Source: Phoronis australis
Lineage: Eukaryota > Animalia > Phoronida
Length of the DNA: 64,000 nt
Assembly: GCA_002633005.1 (NCBI GenBank)
Contig: NMRA01000060.1
Coordinates: forward strand, 663,752-727,751
Direction: 5' to 3'
Shown here: in pieces, positions 23,230-36,069 of the stretch
How the letters are laid out: every line of letters begins with the position of its first letter
Position numbering within the stretch: position 1 is the first letter of the stretch
Translations under genes and position numbers: made by a program
The notes under the pieces: model-generated
Told to the model about the DNA's origin: nothing
The model's database searches: none
The model's input: the letters and a program-made list of their open reading frames with translations, nothing else

Positions 23230-25320
23230 AAATCAAACCGACGACCGCAAGTATCTCCATGAAACTGACCCCAATAAGAATGATGGCACAATTTTTATCA
23301 CCAACAGGATGATCAAAATCATTGCCTACAAAATTACGATGCCTCTTAACCAACCTATTTAATAGGGTTAGTCAACTAGATGTGTACCCGTCTTCTTGAA
23401 ACGTGGAATTATGGTCCCTATACAAAAACTGAAGACTCCAAAATTGAAATTTCTAATTATCGCCCAATAACTTTACTTAAAGGCGAAGGCAATCTTTTTT
23501 CATGTCATTTTTAGCAAAAATGAGGTTCGATGATTATCCCAGACATATTTTTCACTTATTTACTGCTTTCCGTAATTTAATTAATTACTCGTCGTCTACT
23601 TCGGAAGTGACGTTTTGGGAGGCAAGAATTTCGCGCCAATTTCTGTTCATATAGTCTGACTGTGAAAGCAGTCGAGTCAGTCATTGTTCTACCTCGGTTG
23701 TGATAAGTTCGGTCGTCGTTTGCTTTTGTTTACAAGTCAGTCAACATGCCACGTTGTTGCTGCGTACAGGGGTGTACTATCGTCTCACTTACAGAGGAAG
23801 AACTGTCCCACTTGCCCGAGTGTCCCGCGACACACTCCCACTGGAGGGAGATCTGAGCACCGAAACTGCTTAGATCCCACCGTGTGACTCCCTCGCCACA
23901 CACCTGGTACCTTCTACATAGCTCTAATACATGTACAAGTCCACAATAAACTTATCAAACTTAGGCTCACCGATCTGTTCATTGGATGACGAACTGTCCT
24001 CTCCACTGGGTGTCGAACTGGGCCTGTATTCACTCCCACTACTCAACATCGTTGCAGGGCTACTTACAGGCTCTGGGCTAGAGCCAACAACAAAGGGCGA
24101 ATCACTGCTAGGTCCCGGAATTGCACGCAATGGGGTACGTTCGGAGGCAGGGGTGACAGTAGATGAAGTGCCTCCAGTCACTGTATATACATGTAGTGGC
24201 CACAGCTCGCGAGGCTTCTCGCTTCCAAAACGCACTTCTCGGGGTTGGCGACGGGGCACTGCCGGGAATAAACAGCCACGGTATGGTACCCTTCTTCAGG
24301 CGTTGTTTCGCAGGGTCCTTCATCAATTCAGCGTACATATCTCTGTCGTAATCTGACGGCAGAAAATGCTTGCCACACACTCGGTAACCCTCCACTGCTT
24401 TGTACGTTACGTGGACGGGTAGCGTTGCGTTCTTCACATGAACGAGCGAAGTGTGTCATCCGTCGGAAAGCGACGCAAGGTACCCAAAGCGCGTGTGAGT
24501 AGATAATGAGTACATTCCGGCACGCAGCAACAGTGTGGCATGTTGGCTGACTTGTAAATAAAAGCAAACGACGACCGAACTTATCACAACCGAGGTAGAA
24601 CAATGACTGACTCGACAGCCCTCACAGTCAGACTATAATGAAAAGAAATTGGCGCGAAACTCTTGCCTCCCAAAACGTCACTTCCGGAGTAGAGGACGAG
24701 AAATTAATCGAATTAAGAAAAGCTGTGATTAAGTGAAAAATGTGTCTGGGATAATCAGCGAACCTTATTTTTGCTAAAAGTGACATGAAAAGAGTTGCCT
24801 TCGCCTTTAAGACCCGATTCAAAATCTTTGAGGATATAATTGCACAAAATGTTCTTGCATTTCACAAACTTGATTTATCATCGTTTATTTGGATGTTCGT
24901 ACCCTTATGTAAATGACACGGCACTTTTTACCTTTTTGCAGGAGGCAGCTACAGCACCACTTGAATAAACCCAGTTCTTGGTCACAAGAATGGAGAATGA
25001 ATTTTAAACCAGAAAAAACAGTTGACCTACCTTCTCCAAATCTAATAATTCTCTGCTCTCTGTGGACTCATCCTATGACCTTGAATTTAGTGATGAAATC
25101 ATTCCCAGAAAACAGTCGCACAGATAATCTTGGTATACTCTTGGATAAAAAACTTCCTTTCACACCTCATGTTCGGGAGCTCGAACAAAATATTCAGAAA
25201 CTAATTAATCCACTTAAGCTTGCCACTCACCATCTGAATTCTACAAATTTAGAAATCCTTTTCAAATCCTTTATACGTCCACACATCGATTATTGTGATA
25301 TTAGAATGACACTCAGAAGG
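23230..25320 (+). mobile_element. Decayed, internally deleted CR1/L2-type LINE of the same family as 4477-7260, interrupted by a Kolobok element
   Basis: TNLFNR...YPSS*K...ISNYRPITLL | KIFEDII; then WRMNFKPEKTVDL, LGILLDKKLPFTPH, QKLINPL and FIRPHIDYCDI, closely paralleling the other copy. Confidence 0.8.
23481..24806 (-). mobile_element. Non-autonomous Kolobok derivative with ~285-bp inverted ends and a THAP-transposase N-terminus
   Basis: TTAA TSD at 23477-23480 and 24807-24810; termini AGGCGAAGGC...GCCTTCGCCT. The minus strand from 24541 gives MPHCCCVPEC...FPTD...YRVCGKHF...RLKKGTIPWLF (THAP), then KFIV...LCRRYQVC...G.QISLQWECVAGHSGKWDS. Confidence 0.9.
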
Positions 25321-28300
25321 TCTACATGCTATGTCGTGCATCAAAAACTGGACTTTTCTTCGAGTCTCTATTAAGGAAACAAGTCATTCACTAGTATAAA
25401 AACACTTTCAAAATTTTTTTCACAATTTTTAGCACTCAGTAGCTCGGACACTATCCTCGTTGCCCCTTGAAACCGAAATAGCATTGTACCAACCGAGATG
25501 CCAGCCCTTGTTGCATATCAGATACCCAAGTGGTGTTTTCAACCCCTGGGCAAAGTAATGGAATAGGACCCATGCTAACACAGTCGCTCATATAACAAAA
25601 TTAAAAATTAAAATTTAAAAAGAAAAAAACATACACATAGAGTACACACATATAACAAGCACAGGTGTTAGGACATTACAATCCGGCTAGAGGTAAGAAA
25701 AGGAATCGTTAACTTTGGACGGATAACTCACTTTAAAAACATTAATCAGTGACCCAATCTAGTTGTAATAAAGGTTTAGAAACTTCAGAAGGAATTCTCG
25801 AAGTTTAGAACTTTTGAGTTTTCAAATTATACTTTTGAGTTTATGGGCTGCGAAATTGAATCATTTTTTATAATCTCCAATTTTGACAACAATAAACATC
25901 TAAAAACTGAAAGTATATTTTTTTATTTCTCGTGTTATACCACATAATGGCACGCAAACAACGTTATTTTCATTTGTATGAGTTGTGGAAACGCACATGA
26001 ATGCAACAAGAGCAACTTTGTTACGCGTCCGTCTTGTGCAATGTTTATCATTTCTTTAAATATTTACTAGGTAGTCGAATCAGTTGTGATTGCTTCTTTA
26101 GGAACACAAAGTTCAAATTCCTTAAAGAAACACCGAAAAGGTTCCATAGGTTTGAGGGAGAGGCAAATCGTCAATAGGTGGTGCCACCAGTCGAAACTTG
26201 ATAGATATTGACGATAAGGCAAAGAAAGCCTAGTTGGACTCATCCCAAAGTCAAGATCAGACGTGTTCACCGCGATAGGAGCATATATTTTAAATAACAT
26301 GACGATCCATCACGGAGGCAAATAAATTAAAATTCCCACTAGTGTTAGCCGCAATAGTCAGACTCCGTCGTCAACAGTGAATTACGCGCTCTCCTCATCA
26401 AAACTGAAATATCAAATATCATGAAAACACATCAAAGAACTTAATGGATATTGAGATATCCAGCTCCAAAAATCAAGTTCTCAAAAGAGTTTGTCATAAA
26501 ATTTATTAAATTCATATCGGAAAAAATACCATTATTTAGTTGTCAAAACTTTCTTTATTAAGTTGATGTGAGACCTTATCGGCAGGTGTGTGCATTTAGG
26601 CAAATATCTGAAATTTGGTAAGACGCAGCAAAAACTAGAAAAGTACACTAATACCAAAACCCAATATCAGTAACATCACCAAGTGCTCAAGATGATGTTT
26701 GAGAAACGTTTCTGCAATTTCCTCAAGTATCACTTCTTTTTCGTTTTATGCTGCGACTAATGGAAGCAAACGTCAATAAATATGGATGGGCTCTAGACAT
26801 GGGCCCCCTAAGTTTGTTAGGTTCCAACATGCTCGTCCTTACTGGGGGCACGCAAGGTGACGGACCTATTACATATATGCTGCCGGTTTCTCATTTGCTG
26901 TCCAAAAATCTTGCAGTCACAACATAGAGACGCCATGTCAGTATAGGCACTGTCAGGCATCTTTGCGTTAAACAGATTGAAGAGAAATTTGCTTTTGCAC
27001 ACATTTAGAAGAAGTTACTTCCTCTATTGTTAAAACAGTCAGTGAATAGTACTTTATTTCTATTGTGGAAAAATCTCTGAGTTAAATTGCCAATTCGTCA
27101 CTGCAAACATTGTGTTGCGGGTCATTTGCTCGGACAAAGCAAATGAGATTTGTATGTTTGGTTAATAAACATAATTGTTTTCCTAAGTTATACAACTCTT
27201 TATGAACGCATTCAAGTCCGGCATTCGAAGTAGCAGCTTCGAAACAGAACCGAAATTGTATTCAGCAGTTGCGTAAATACTACGTTATAAGAAAAGATAA
27301 CAGTAAAGTCCGGGGTTTCTCACAGTGTACTTAAACGTGCTCAGAAACCTACCTCTCGGTTGGATAACTTTTTCGCGATCAATTTCCCCTACTAAATTCC
27401 TTGAGAAAGGGTATATTTTCCTATTCGCAATCCTTGAAACTTGTTCGCTTTGGGAGGTTGAATTGAACTGTTCTTTTTGAACTAAAACATCAGATTCTTC
27501 TGCAGGTATTATTATACTGTAGGAAAAGATGGCATACTCAAGTTTGACAATATGGCATCTCTTCTTGTACCTTTTCAGGCTAAATGGGTTAACAAGTCAG
27601 CTGTCTAAAAATCCCTATAACAAGGGTTTAATTTGATGAAATAATTCCAACATTGAAAAAGATGATGTATGCAAGCACCTGGGGGGGGGGCTTAGTGGGC
27701 AACAAGGTCCGCCCCAAAGAAAAAAAATCCAAAAAGTAGAGAACTTTACCAAAGTTCACTAAAAAAGCAGAAACTTCTAAAATTTGGTGAATGGGCAATC
27801 CATAGGTCTGAACGTACCCCTTGAAACTTGGTTAAAGGGCAACATTCTCAAAAATTCGAGTCCCCCATTTTAGGCTGGGTGCGCGCATGCTTGGAACAAA
27901 ACCTTGCGAAAGATTGACATTGTAATGGGCACATCAAAAATTCCAATTGCGCCCCCTGTCAGAAGCGTAGGTGAGTAACCCCCCATCATTAAGAATAGCA
28001 AAGTACACGTTGTTGTCAAGTGATTATGAGTGGTGAGGTATGTGCGACGTTGTTGCAACATGAGAGATGCAGCGATGTCATGATTTCTGGAGAAGAAAAC
28101 GTGGCTATTGTCTGGCTGAGTGATGTCTCGAACATCAACTCCTACCGGAAACATGTTCCGCATGCAAGAGAACTTGTACTATACAGCTTGTCAGAGTGTG
28201 CTTGACGAGAGTGGTGACACCTGTCATTCAACGTTCTAACATCATATGGTCACTGACGAAAATATTCGCGTACAAGCGTAAGTACTTCAAGTCTCAACCG

Positions 28301-29109
28301 CCAAACAGATTACCTGGATCCGGTCAACTGTTCTTATACAACTATTCACATGTAGTCTTTCTAATGCATTGACCCTGGCGGTCTGAACTGATATCTTGGA
28401 TACATGGCGTACTGCGAGGTAACTCAGTGACTATCAGATGAGTGGGTGTACTGACATCGATATTACTAGCAAATGATACCTTCACGGACATGTCTAATTC
28501 AGTGCCCAAATTGTAAATTAAGACCTATGTCACTTTTAAGTGACTTAAAAGCAGTAGCAAACTTTTTAAAATGACGTTAGGGAATGTATTTCGTCAACAA
28601 ACAGGACTATTCTACTTCCCAATCACTAAAGATATTAAAACACGAAAATCCATCACTTTTACAAGAGCGGACTTTTGCGTCCAGACTTTTACGCCCAGGT
28701 CAATGTGTCTTGATGGTTGACTTTAGAGGAGAAGACAACTGTTCGAGACTGGAGGGGTATAAAATGCACATTTATTCTCCACCAGTATCATGGCAAATAA
28801 AACTCTGAATGCAGTTTAAAGTGGATGGTTTGCATTGCCTACGTGTATGTTGTGATTGAAATGGAGGGGAGTAGCCTGGACAGCGTCCAAAAGCTGTCCG
28901 GCGGTGACGGAGAAAAATCTAAGCAAATCTCTCATTGAAAAAACATGTCAATGTCTTGCGTAGTCTCGCTTACATGTAGTTTTGCTTTTCAAGCGAAATC
29001 CTAGCGAGGTTCTAGAGTTATTGAACTCTACCCTTGCCAATCACAACTATCCGACTATCGGGATAATGTAACGCTGCATCATTCATACTATACGTAACTG
29101 AGCAAATGA

Positions 29110-29450
29110 TTCGGCTATAAATCTTCATTTCGCCCTGCATGTTCAGCGAGCTAACAAACGAAAATCGAATTAGGCTTTGTACTCTCACAAAATCGGTCTC
29201 ATGATTTTCTCTACCGTGATAGGACTGTTTCTGTTACCAGTTAGTCGAAGGCAAAGTACCACCTTCGTATTCGCAATTTTGGGGTTAGCCAACACCAAAA
29301 AACTCCGAAGCGTCTTCTCACTAGTGGTTTCAATGTTTTAGTAGGTAACAGAAAACCAAATATGTTTGGATTATTGTGAGACCGATTTTGTGATAGTAAA
29401 AGATCTCGTTCTATTTTTATCCAGCTAAACAGAGCTAAATGCGGCTAATT
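29110..29450. mobile_element. Palindromic MITE; second family member at ~31275-31620
   Basis: Arms containing CACAAAATCGGTCTCA / TGAGACCGATTTTGTG. Shared GAAAATCGAATTAGGC, ACCGCGATAG-like and GGGTT(A/G)GCCAAC motifs recur in the 31.3-31.6 kb copy. Confidence 0.65.
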
Positions 29451-29517
29451 CCAGCTGGGCAACTAAACAAGTAAAATATGCTTCACTTTACACACAATTA
29501 TGTTATGATGCATACAG

Positions 29518-29543
29518 CAAGGAGTGTAGTAGTACACTCCTTG
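29518..29543. mobile_element. 26-bp inverted-repeat remnant with a 7-bp TSD (P-element-like footprint)
   Basis: CATACAG|CAAGGAGTGTA-GTAG-TACACTCCTTG|CATACAG. Confidence 0.7.
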
Positions 29544-29875
29544 CATACAGCTACTGATCCTTCAGATAAAGCTCTGAAGGACCGTATAAAAATGTTCAAA
29601 TTAGGCAGCTAACTTTGGAGCATTATATCTCATAAGTTAATCTTCGCATTCATATAAAACTTTCGGATATTATGGTTTATGCATTGTTCTACAAAGTTTG
29701 TTAGGATTTGTTTTTAATGTGCCCCATGTTCTCAAGAGAACGCAACAACAATTGGACTTCCATGGTTTCCATAGGAAATGTCAGAAGATGCATATAGGAA
29801 ACGAAGTAATGACTTAGAAAACTGTAACAAAGTTTTGAGATTTCATCCTAAACATTTCTAATCAAATGAAATTTA

Positions 29876-29962
29876 GTCATGTTATTGATACAGCTGTTAT
29901 GTTGGTCATGTTATTGATACAGTTGTTATGTTGGTCATGTTATTGATACAGTTGTTATGTTG
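29876..29962. repeat. 29-bp tandem repeat x3
   Basis: GTCATGTTATTGATACAG(C/T)TGTTATGTTG repeated three times. Confidence 0.92.
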
Positions 29963-31274
29963 TTATGCTTCCATTGTGCCTCGAGTCCCTTTTTCGCTAA
30001 AGTTTACCAAAAAGACAAAGACACGTGACTCGATCAATAACAGAAAGTCAAAAATCAAATTCTTCAGGTTTTCTGCCTTCAGGAAATTTGTGCTTTCACT
30101 GAGTTTAATGTTATAGTTTTTAGATACTTAGCTAATTAAAGGGACTTGTTGATAAGGTCCCACATAACCCTTATATGCGTTTTGATGAGTGACGTTTGGC
30201 ATTCAACAGTTTGGATCAACTGGTATCCAGTTATGTCTGTTTTGGTTAAAGCTTAAAAGCCGAAACTATCGATTTTAGGAGTGCAAACCAAACGTTCGAT
30301 CGGCTGCATAATTACTGATCTCTTTTTGCTTGATTGCCAGCACCTTGGACAGGTAGAGATGATAGATTACATGTAGTTTCACTTTCATTACGCGTACATG
30401 TGCACGAGTAAAGCCTGGTCTACGTACTCCCATGTTAGTCGTATTCGACGTCGTAACTGACCGTCGTTTGCGACAAATCGGAGGGTGCAAAAGTGTATTC
30501 TTTGACCCACAAAGTCGCATTCGATTTCGGACCCATTTTCGATAGACTTGAGAGTCGTATACGACTGTATGACCAATAACTCACACATTGTTGCATACGA
30601 CATCGACAAAAGGACGTATCTGGGGTGAGTTTATATGCTGCACAGCCCTGTCGATGCGCTTTCACCGATTTTTCGTACACTGCTTTTCGAACAATGTCTA
30701 CACACTTAGATTGTCATGCACTACGTTGTGGACGGCTTGAGTTTCGAGGCACATGTCGAAATATCTATGAACACACCCAGATTAGTCGCGTATGACAGTC
30801 GTATACGATATACCAGAGTGTGAAGATGGGGCATTTACGACCTACTCGTTTGCAATAAAAACAAAAGGGCTTAAACATTTGGGTGTATCTTTACAACAAA
30901 CAGAGGCCAACAGCAGGGGTTCCTCGGCAGGTTCAAAGCAAGGCAGGTGGTTTGAAGGTTTAATTTGTGATTTGTAGAAGAAAAGTTGTAACCCATGCAC
31001 TGGGGGAGCAGGTGAGTTAGTAAATAACTGATAATTCAGTCAGCTCACTCCGGTCAACGAAACTAAACTCAGAAATCCTTACTATGTGTTAAAAAGAATG
31101 TAGCATGTCATGAAATTATTGGTCATTTTCACAGAGCTTGAACATGGAAAAAGAGAACAAAGTACGTTGCTAATTTATTGTTTAGTCACCAGAAGTCGTC
31201 GCTCTTGGCTCTCCACACCTGGCACAAATGATTCATGTACAGTATGGTAGCCTCTTTCAGCAACACATTTTTAT

Positions 31275-31620
31275 GCTGCATCTCGCCTTGCTTAGCTGGC
31301 TAAACAAGGAAATTCGATATAAGCCTTTTACTCTCGCTTTTACAATTGATCTCGTAATATTTCTTACCGCGATAGCATTCTATTCCATAACCAACAACAA
31401 TGCTAAATCATAAAACATGTTTCAGTTTCTTAGGGTTGGCCAACCCTAAAATTGTGAATTCGAAAATGGCGCATGTACATGTATGCAGTACCTATATTCT
31501 CGTTTTGTTTGTAATGGAAATATAATGCTATCGCGGTAAGGAATATTGAGACCGATTTTTGAGAGTAGGACGCCTAATTCGATTTTCGTTTTAGCCAGTT
31601 AAGCAGGGTGAAATGTAGCT
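31275..31620. mobile_element. Palindromic MITE (same family as 29110-29450)
   Basis: Arms GCTTAGCTGGCTAAAC...AATATTTCTTACCGCGATAGCATT mirrored by AATGCTATCGCGGTAAGGAATATT...TTTAGCCAGTTAAGC. Confidence 0.75.
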
Positions 31621-31999
31621 TTAAAAGTTGAAAGTTTCAACTACGCATGCGTGAGTTGAATTCCGCACCCTTCAATTATATTTGCCGCTCTTAAATGATT
31701 CTGTCACTGTTAAGCATGTAAATATCTGTTAACAAGTTAACACCCAAGTTTTATTTAAGCTAGAGAACAAGTTCGTCAATTTGCGTATGACATCGTGTAA
31801 GTGTACATACATTGCTATAACCATAGGCACAACAAATATTTTTTTCAAGCTTTAAATCATGCAAACGTATATATCTAATATTAAATTTCTTACCTCTATT
31901 GTGCGATTTTTCAATAAATGTTTATTTCTTTGTTGTACAAAAGGCCTCAAGCCTATATATGTAATTAAACAGCACATTACAAAAAACTTACGTATATTA

Positions 32000-32600
32000 A
32001 ACGGCCCTTTTGTTAACAGCTGCAAACAAATACTTAGGTAACTTCAATTTAGCACAACACATCAGTATCTCATCTTCTAAGGTAATTTCGCATTTCATGC
32101 CCACTACATGTGTCTTGAAACTTGGTCTTAAATCGTCATTAAGTGGACACTCGGTGAGTAAGTGTGTTTTTTTCTCATCGCAGCAGAATAAAAATCAATA
32201 TTTAATCATATGTAAATTTCCTAAGGGATATTTATTTCGACAAAAAATTTTTAGTGTGCTCTGTCCTTGGGAGGAATTCATATCAATGCGCTACACTGAA
32301 GACGTACAGTGTATTACCAGATTTAGAAATTTATAAAGTGGTAATTCATTGGAAACATCAGCTTCGTGACATAAACGATTCCCTTGTGCAAATTTTCTAA
32401 AACCCCGGAACAACGTTATTTTCAACATATTTCTGTCATAAGATGGCCCATTACCAATATCAACAGTCGAGTGATTTCGTTTAGGATTGGTTTCACTCGT
32501 AGATGTAGGGCTTTTAGTGTTACAACGAAACCTCTTGGTCTCCGATTGTTTGTGTTGACTCTTTGACAAGCTGGGATTCGCTTTTAGACCACAAGAAACG
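32000..32600 (-). mobile_element. Decayed LINE ORF2 C-terminus (zinc-knuckle region)
   Basis: LPLYKFLN...IFCRNKYPL...FCCDEKKTHLLTECPLNDDLR...LKLPKYLFAAVNKR, with stops. Confidence 0.45.
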
Positions 32601-32736
32601 GATTAGGAGTTGCTGCATAATTAGCGTTATTATTAGTGGGCAAAACATACGAGTTGTTCTAAATTGAAAGAAATGATGTCAAAAGTAGGTGGGAAAGGCA
32701 TTCAACATATGTCATGGTGAACGTCCCGTACCTGAC

Positions 32737-32879
32737 GCGCGTTCAGCGGCGCTAGGACCTACATGTACCTAGCTAAAATCTAGCCAAAGTCACGTAGTCT
32801 CATTTAAAAAACAGGGCAATATCTCACGTAATCTCACGAAGTCTTGCTTTTTAGCGAGGTCCTAACGTTACTGAACGGG
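32737..32879. mobile_element. MITE (~145 bp); second copy at ~35922-36069
   Basis: TIRs CGTTCAG..CGCTAGGACCT / AGGTCCTA.CGTTACTGAACG; the internal sequence is nearly the same in both copies. Confidence 0.8.
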
Positions 32880-33285
32880 AAGGAGCTAGACTTAGTTGCA
32901 ACGTCACCATTCGGTTTTATTACCGAAGAACCGAGTTGCATTATTTGCTCGTACATTTCAGTACCAGCGAGTGTAATGCATGCTTTCCTAAAGGATGGCG
33001 ATAGCCTTTCACTTATTTCACTTCGTGGTTGCACTTGATTCACTCTACCGGTTCAGTTTAAGACATGACATTTTCCATTCTAATGTAATCAAAGAACTAT
33101 TGTTTATTATTTTGTGCTCCAGTTTATTATAGTTTACAGATAAGTGTCTACTTCCAGTTTTCACATGATGACAGAATTCAAGTAATTATCTTGAGTTCGG
33201 ACGTAACAGAACAGAAACAGTCAAACTTAAGTTCGATTTCGATTTCGAGTTAAAAGATTAAACTCCGGCCGAAGGGATTTTTAAA

Positions 33286-33527
33286 CCGGAAGTCGTCATC
33301 CAGAACCAATCAGATGCCATAGCCGGTGGATTCGGTTGAAAATGCGGAGTGCTGGAATGAAATGCAACCAACGAAAGAAACACATGCGCTCTCTAAAGAC
33401 CGTATTAACGTTCCCAATGTCCTAATCGGGCAGTTATGCAGAGGACACCTAGAGCTAAATGACAGTTGCGCACTGTGGCTTCATCAATAAGTAAAAACAA
33501 ACAACTCCAGTTTGTCATAAGGTATGT
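33286..33527 (+). promoter_or_regulatory. Candidate promoter and non-coding first exon of the glycosyltransferase gene
   Basis: CCGGAAGT (ETS-like) and CCAAT motifs at ~33286-33310; splice donor AG|GTATGT at 33521/33522; matching acceptor TTTTCAG|G at 34587/34588, upstream of the ATG. Inference. Confidence 0.35.
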
Positions 33528-34643
33528 TTTACATACTTTGATAATAAATTGAAAATTCCCGGTTGATTTTTTTAACTAAATACCTAATTTAAAGGCTTCC
33601 ATTGAATTTTTCTTACATTTGTTAAACCAGGTAGCTAACAACTAGGAATTGGGGTGGTCAAAAATACTGAAATAAGCGTTCTCAAAATTTCACTCCCGAA
33701 TATTGAAACCCAACAATTTGCGGTCGTCTGGCACCGAGAGCCCGAACGCCATTACTTGTGGAACTGCAGCATCAAACAATAACACCTACATGTGTCCTTG
33801 TCAGGAATAGTCATTTAAGGCAAAAACAAACTGATCAACGTCATCGTCTTTTTCCACAGAACATACAGTCTATGCTTACACTATCGTTTTTGTAAGAATC
33901 GAGCTTTTGTAGTCCCTGCCCTGTCTTAGGAGCGCTAGATGTCAAGACATCTACTTGCTTCTTATTTAGGCGCGTAATCTCAGTCCACTCGATTCTGTAG
34001 CATATTTGTTATAGGGGCTTAGTAGGCCCTAATACGCGTTCTAAACCTCATGGCGCTTGACTACTTTATCTAGACGGGATATAACTAGGCAAGATTTCAA
34101 GCATATTCTGGGCATAGGGAATGCGCTAATATGTGTTGACTGACGTGAAAGGCGTGGCAAAAGATAATCGGACTTCGGAGACACATTATCAGTTTTACGG
34201 CAGAAAACGCATGTGTATTGTTGAATGTAGTGGACTTCTTGAGCTCATTAGCGTTGACCAAAGCCAAAACAGCAAAATCTGTCTGTTACAAATCGCCAAT
34301 TCTCGCTTATTTGTCTGCCAAACATTCGCGGAAATCAAGGCTGGTGTCCCATGTTTACCATTTAAATACGCTTAAAGTACACTGTTGCTTATTGCGCCGG
34401 ATCAGTGGCAGAGAGTTCGGCTTCTACTTGCAGACAAAGATACTACAGTTATACAGTACACAGTATCTTGTAGAGCAAGTGGAGGTCGATTCCGCCCTGC
34501 TGATGATTTCCCTAAACTTCCCTTTCTTGCCATGAATGTACCTTTCAGAGTCTCTACTTGACTAGTACGTGTTTCTTGTCTTTTCAGGTGTCGGGAAACC
34601 GATTTCTGACCCAGAAATTGGGGGATCTTAATCCACACTGAGA

Positions 34644-35611
34644 ATGAAGTGTCAAGCTCATAAAACGAGGCTAGCAGTCGGTTCGACAATATTATGTGGC
34701 ACTTTATGCTATGTGCTTTTAACCAACAGTTTCGAAGGAAAAGGGTTTGTCAACCCACTTCCATCACCTACTAGAGCATTAAAGTCTGTTGATAACAAAT
34801 TGAGAGCGAACCAGACGAGCAGCAAACATGTGGCCAAGTCAGTGCTTCAACCGAACAAAGAGTTCGTTGTCCCAAGATTGGTGCATTACGTATGGTTTGG
34901 GGAGTCATCTCCCCTGAAGTTCCATCACTGCTGAGCATGTTGAGCGCCCACAAATTTCTGAACCCCGACCATATATGGCTGCATTGTGATTATGAACCTG
35001 TTGGCGAGTGGTGGAAATACTTGACAAGAATTCGCAGAGTGCCAATGAAAATTATGAAACGTAGACCGCCGAAACGAATCTACAACAATCTAATATATCG
35101 CCCAGAGCATCAAGCCGATGTTGCTCGAATTGACATTCTAATTGATCACGGCGGAATATACTTAGACACAGACGTGATTGTGTTGAAGTCGTTTGACCCA
35201 TTGCGTAAATACAACATGACGATGGGTATCGAATACCATGGCAAACCAGGACGCCTAAATAGCGGTGTACTTGTTGCGCAAAAGAACACGTCCTTTTTAC
35301 ACATTTGGAGAGAGACTTTCAAAAACTTCTCTGGAAGAGAGTGGGACGAGCATAGTTGCATTATCCCGTATAACCTTAGATACGTTTACCCCCACTTGAT
35401 ACATGTAGAAGAAAGAACTCTGAACTACCCGAGCGGCCTTGAGAAACACTTGATCTACGATAGCGTCTATGACTGGAGCCATAACTATGCCATTCACCTG
35501 TGGCACCGCTTGTATGAAAGAGAACACTCTCCGGAAACAATAAAGGACATGAACACAACGTTCGGACAGATTGCCCGATATGTGTTTTATGGCTCACAGG
35601 ACATGATGTGA
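34644..35611 (+). CDS. GT32-family glycosyltransferase (alpha-1,4-GlcNAc/Gal transferase-like, DxD), type II membrane protein, with a 1-nt frameshift at ~34929
   Basis: N-terminal signal anchor and VPRLVHYVWFG in ORF 34644-34934. LSMLSAHKFLNPDHIWLH, HQADVARIDIL..HGGIYLDTDVIVLK and YAIHLW in ORF 34892-35611. Adding one base at CAC|TG joins them into ~322 aa. Confidence 0.88.
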
Positions 35612-35921
35612 AATATCGTCTAATTCAAAAATATGAATATAGATATAAATAATGGATCATGGGTCTTACTTTCCTTCTACGAGCACGTTTAAGCGATCCT
35701 ACTGTATTTTGTCGCTTCCGCTTGAAAACAATTTCTTAGGAGGGTAAATAATCTGTGGGGGCCAAATTCCAGATTCCTCCTTATTACCACCAATTCCGCC
35801 ACTCCCCATGGGCGTCGCCTATTCCCTCTCTCTCCCCCCCCCCTCCCACCCCACCCTTTGACATAGGCGTGCGGGCTTTGATCTGTTTGGGTGGCATTAC
35901 CGCGGGAGGCAGCCACCAGGT

Positions 35922-36069
35922 GTGCGTTCAGTAGACGCTAGGACCTACGCTAGGACCTAGCTAAAACCTAGTCAAAGTCACGTGTTCTTATTTAAAATGC
36001 ACAGCAATATCTCACGTACTCTTGCGAAGTCTTGCTTTTTAGCGAGGTCCTAGCGTTACTGAACGGGAG
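35922..36069. mobile_element. MITE (same family as 32737-32879)
   Basis: Same TIRs and internal AAAGTCACGT...CAATATCTCACGTA...GAAGTCTTGCTTTTTAGCGAGG. Confidence 0.8.

Noticed and set aside
23931-24356. 141-aa plus-strand ORF
   Set aside because: Antisense shadow of the Kolobok THAP-transposase remnant.
26070-26330. Exon-like stretch after an AG acceptor (VVESVVIASLG...GAYILNN)
   Set aside because: Contains in-frame stops and I could not assign any family.
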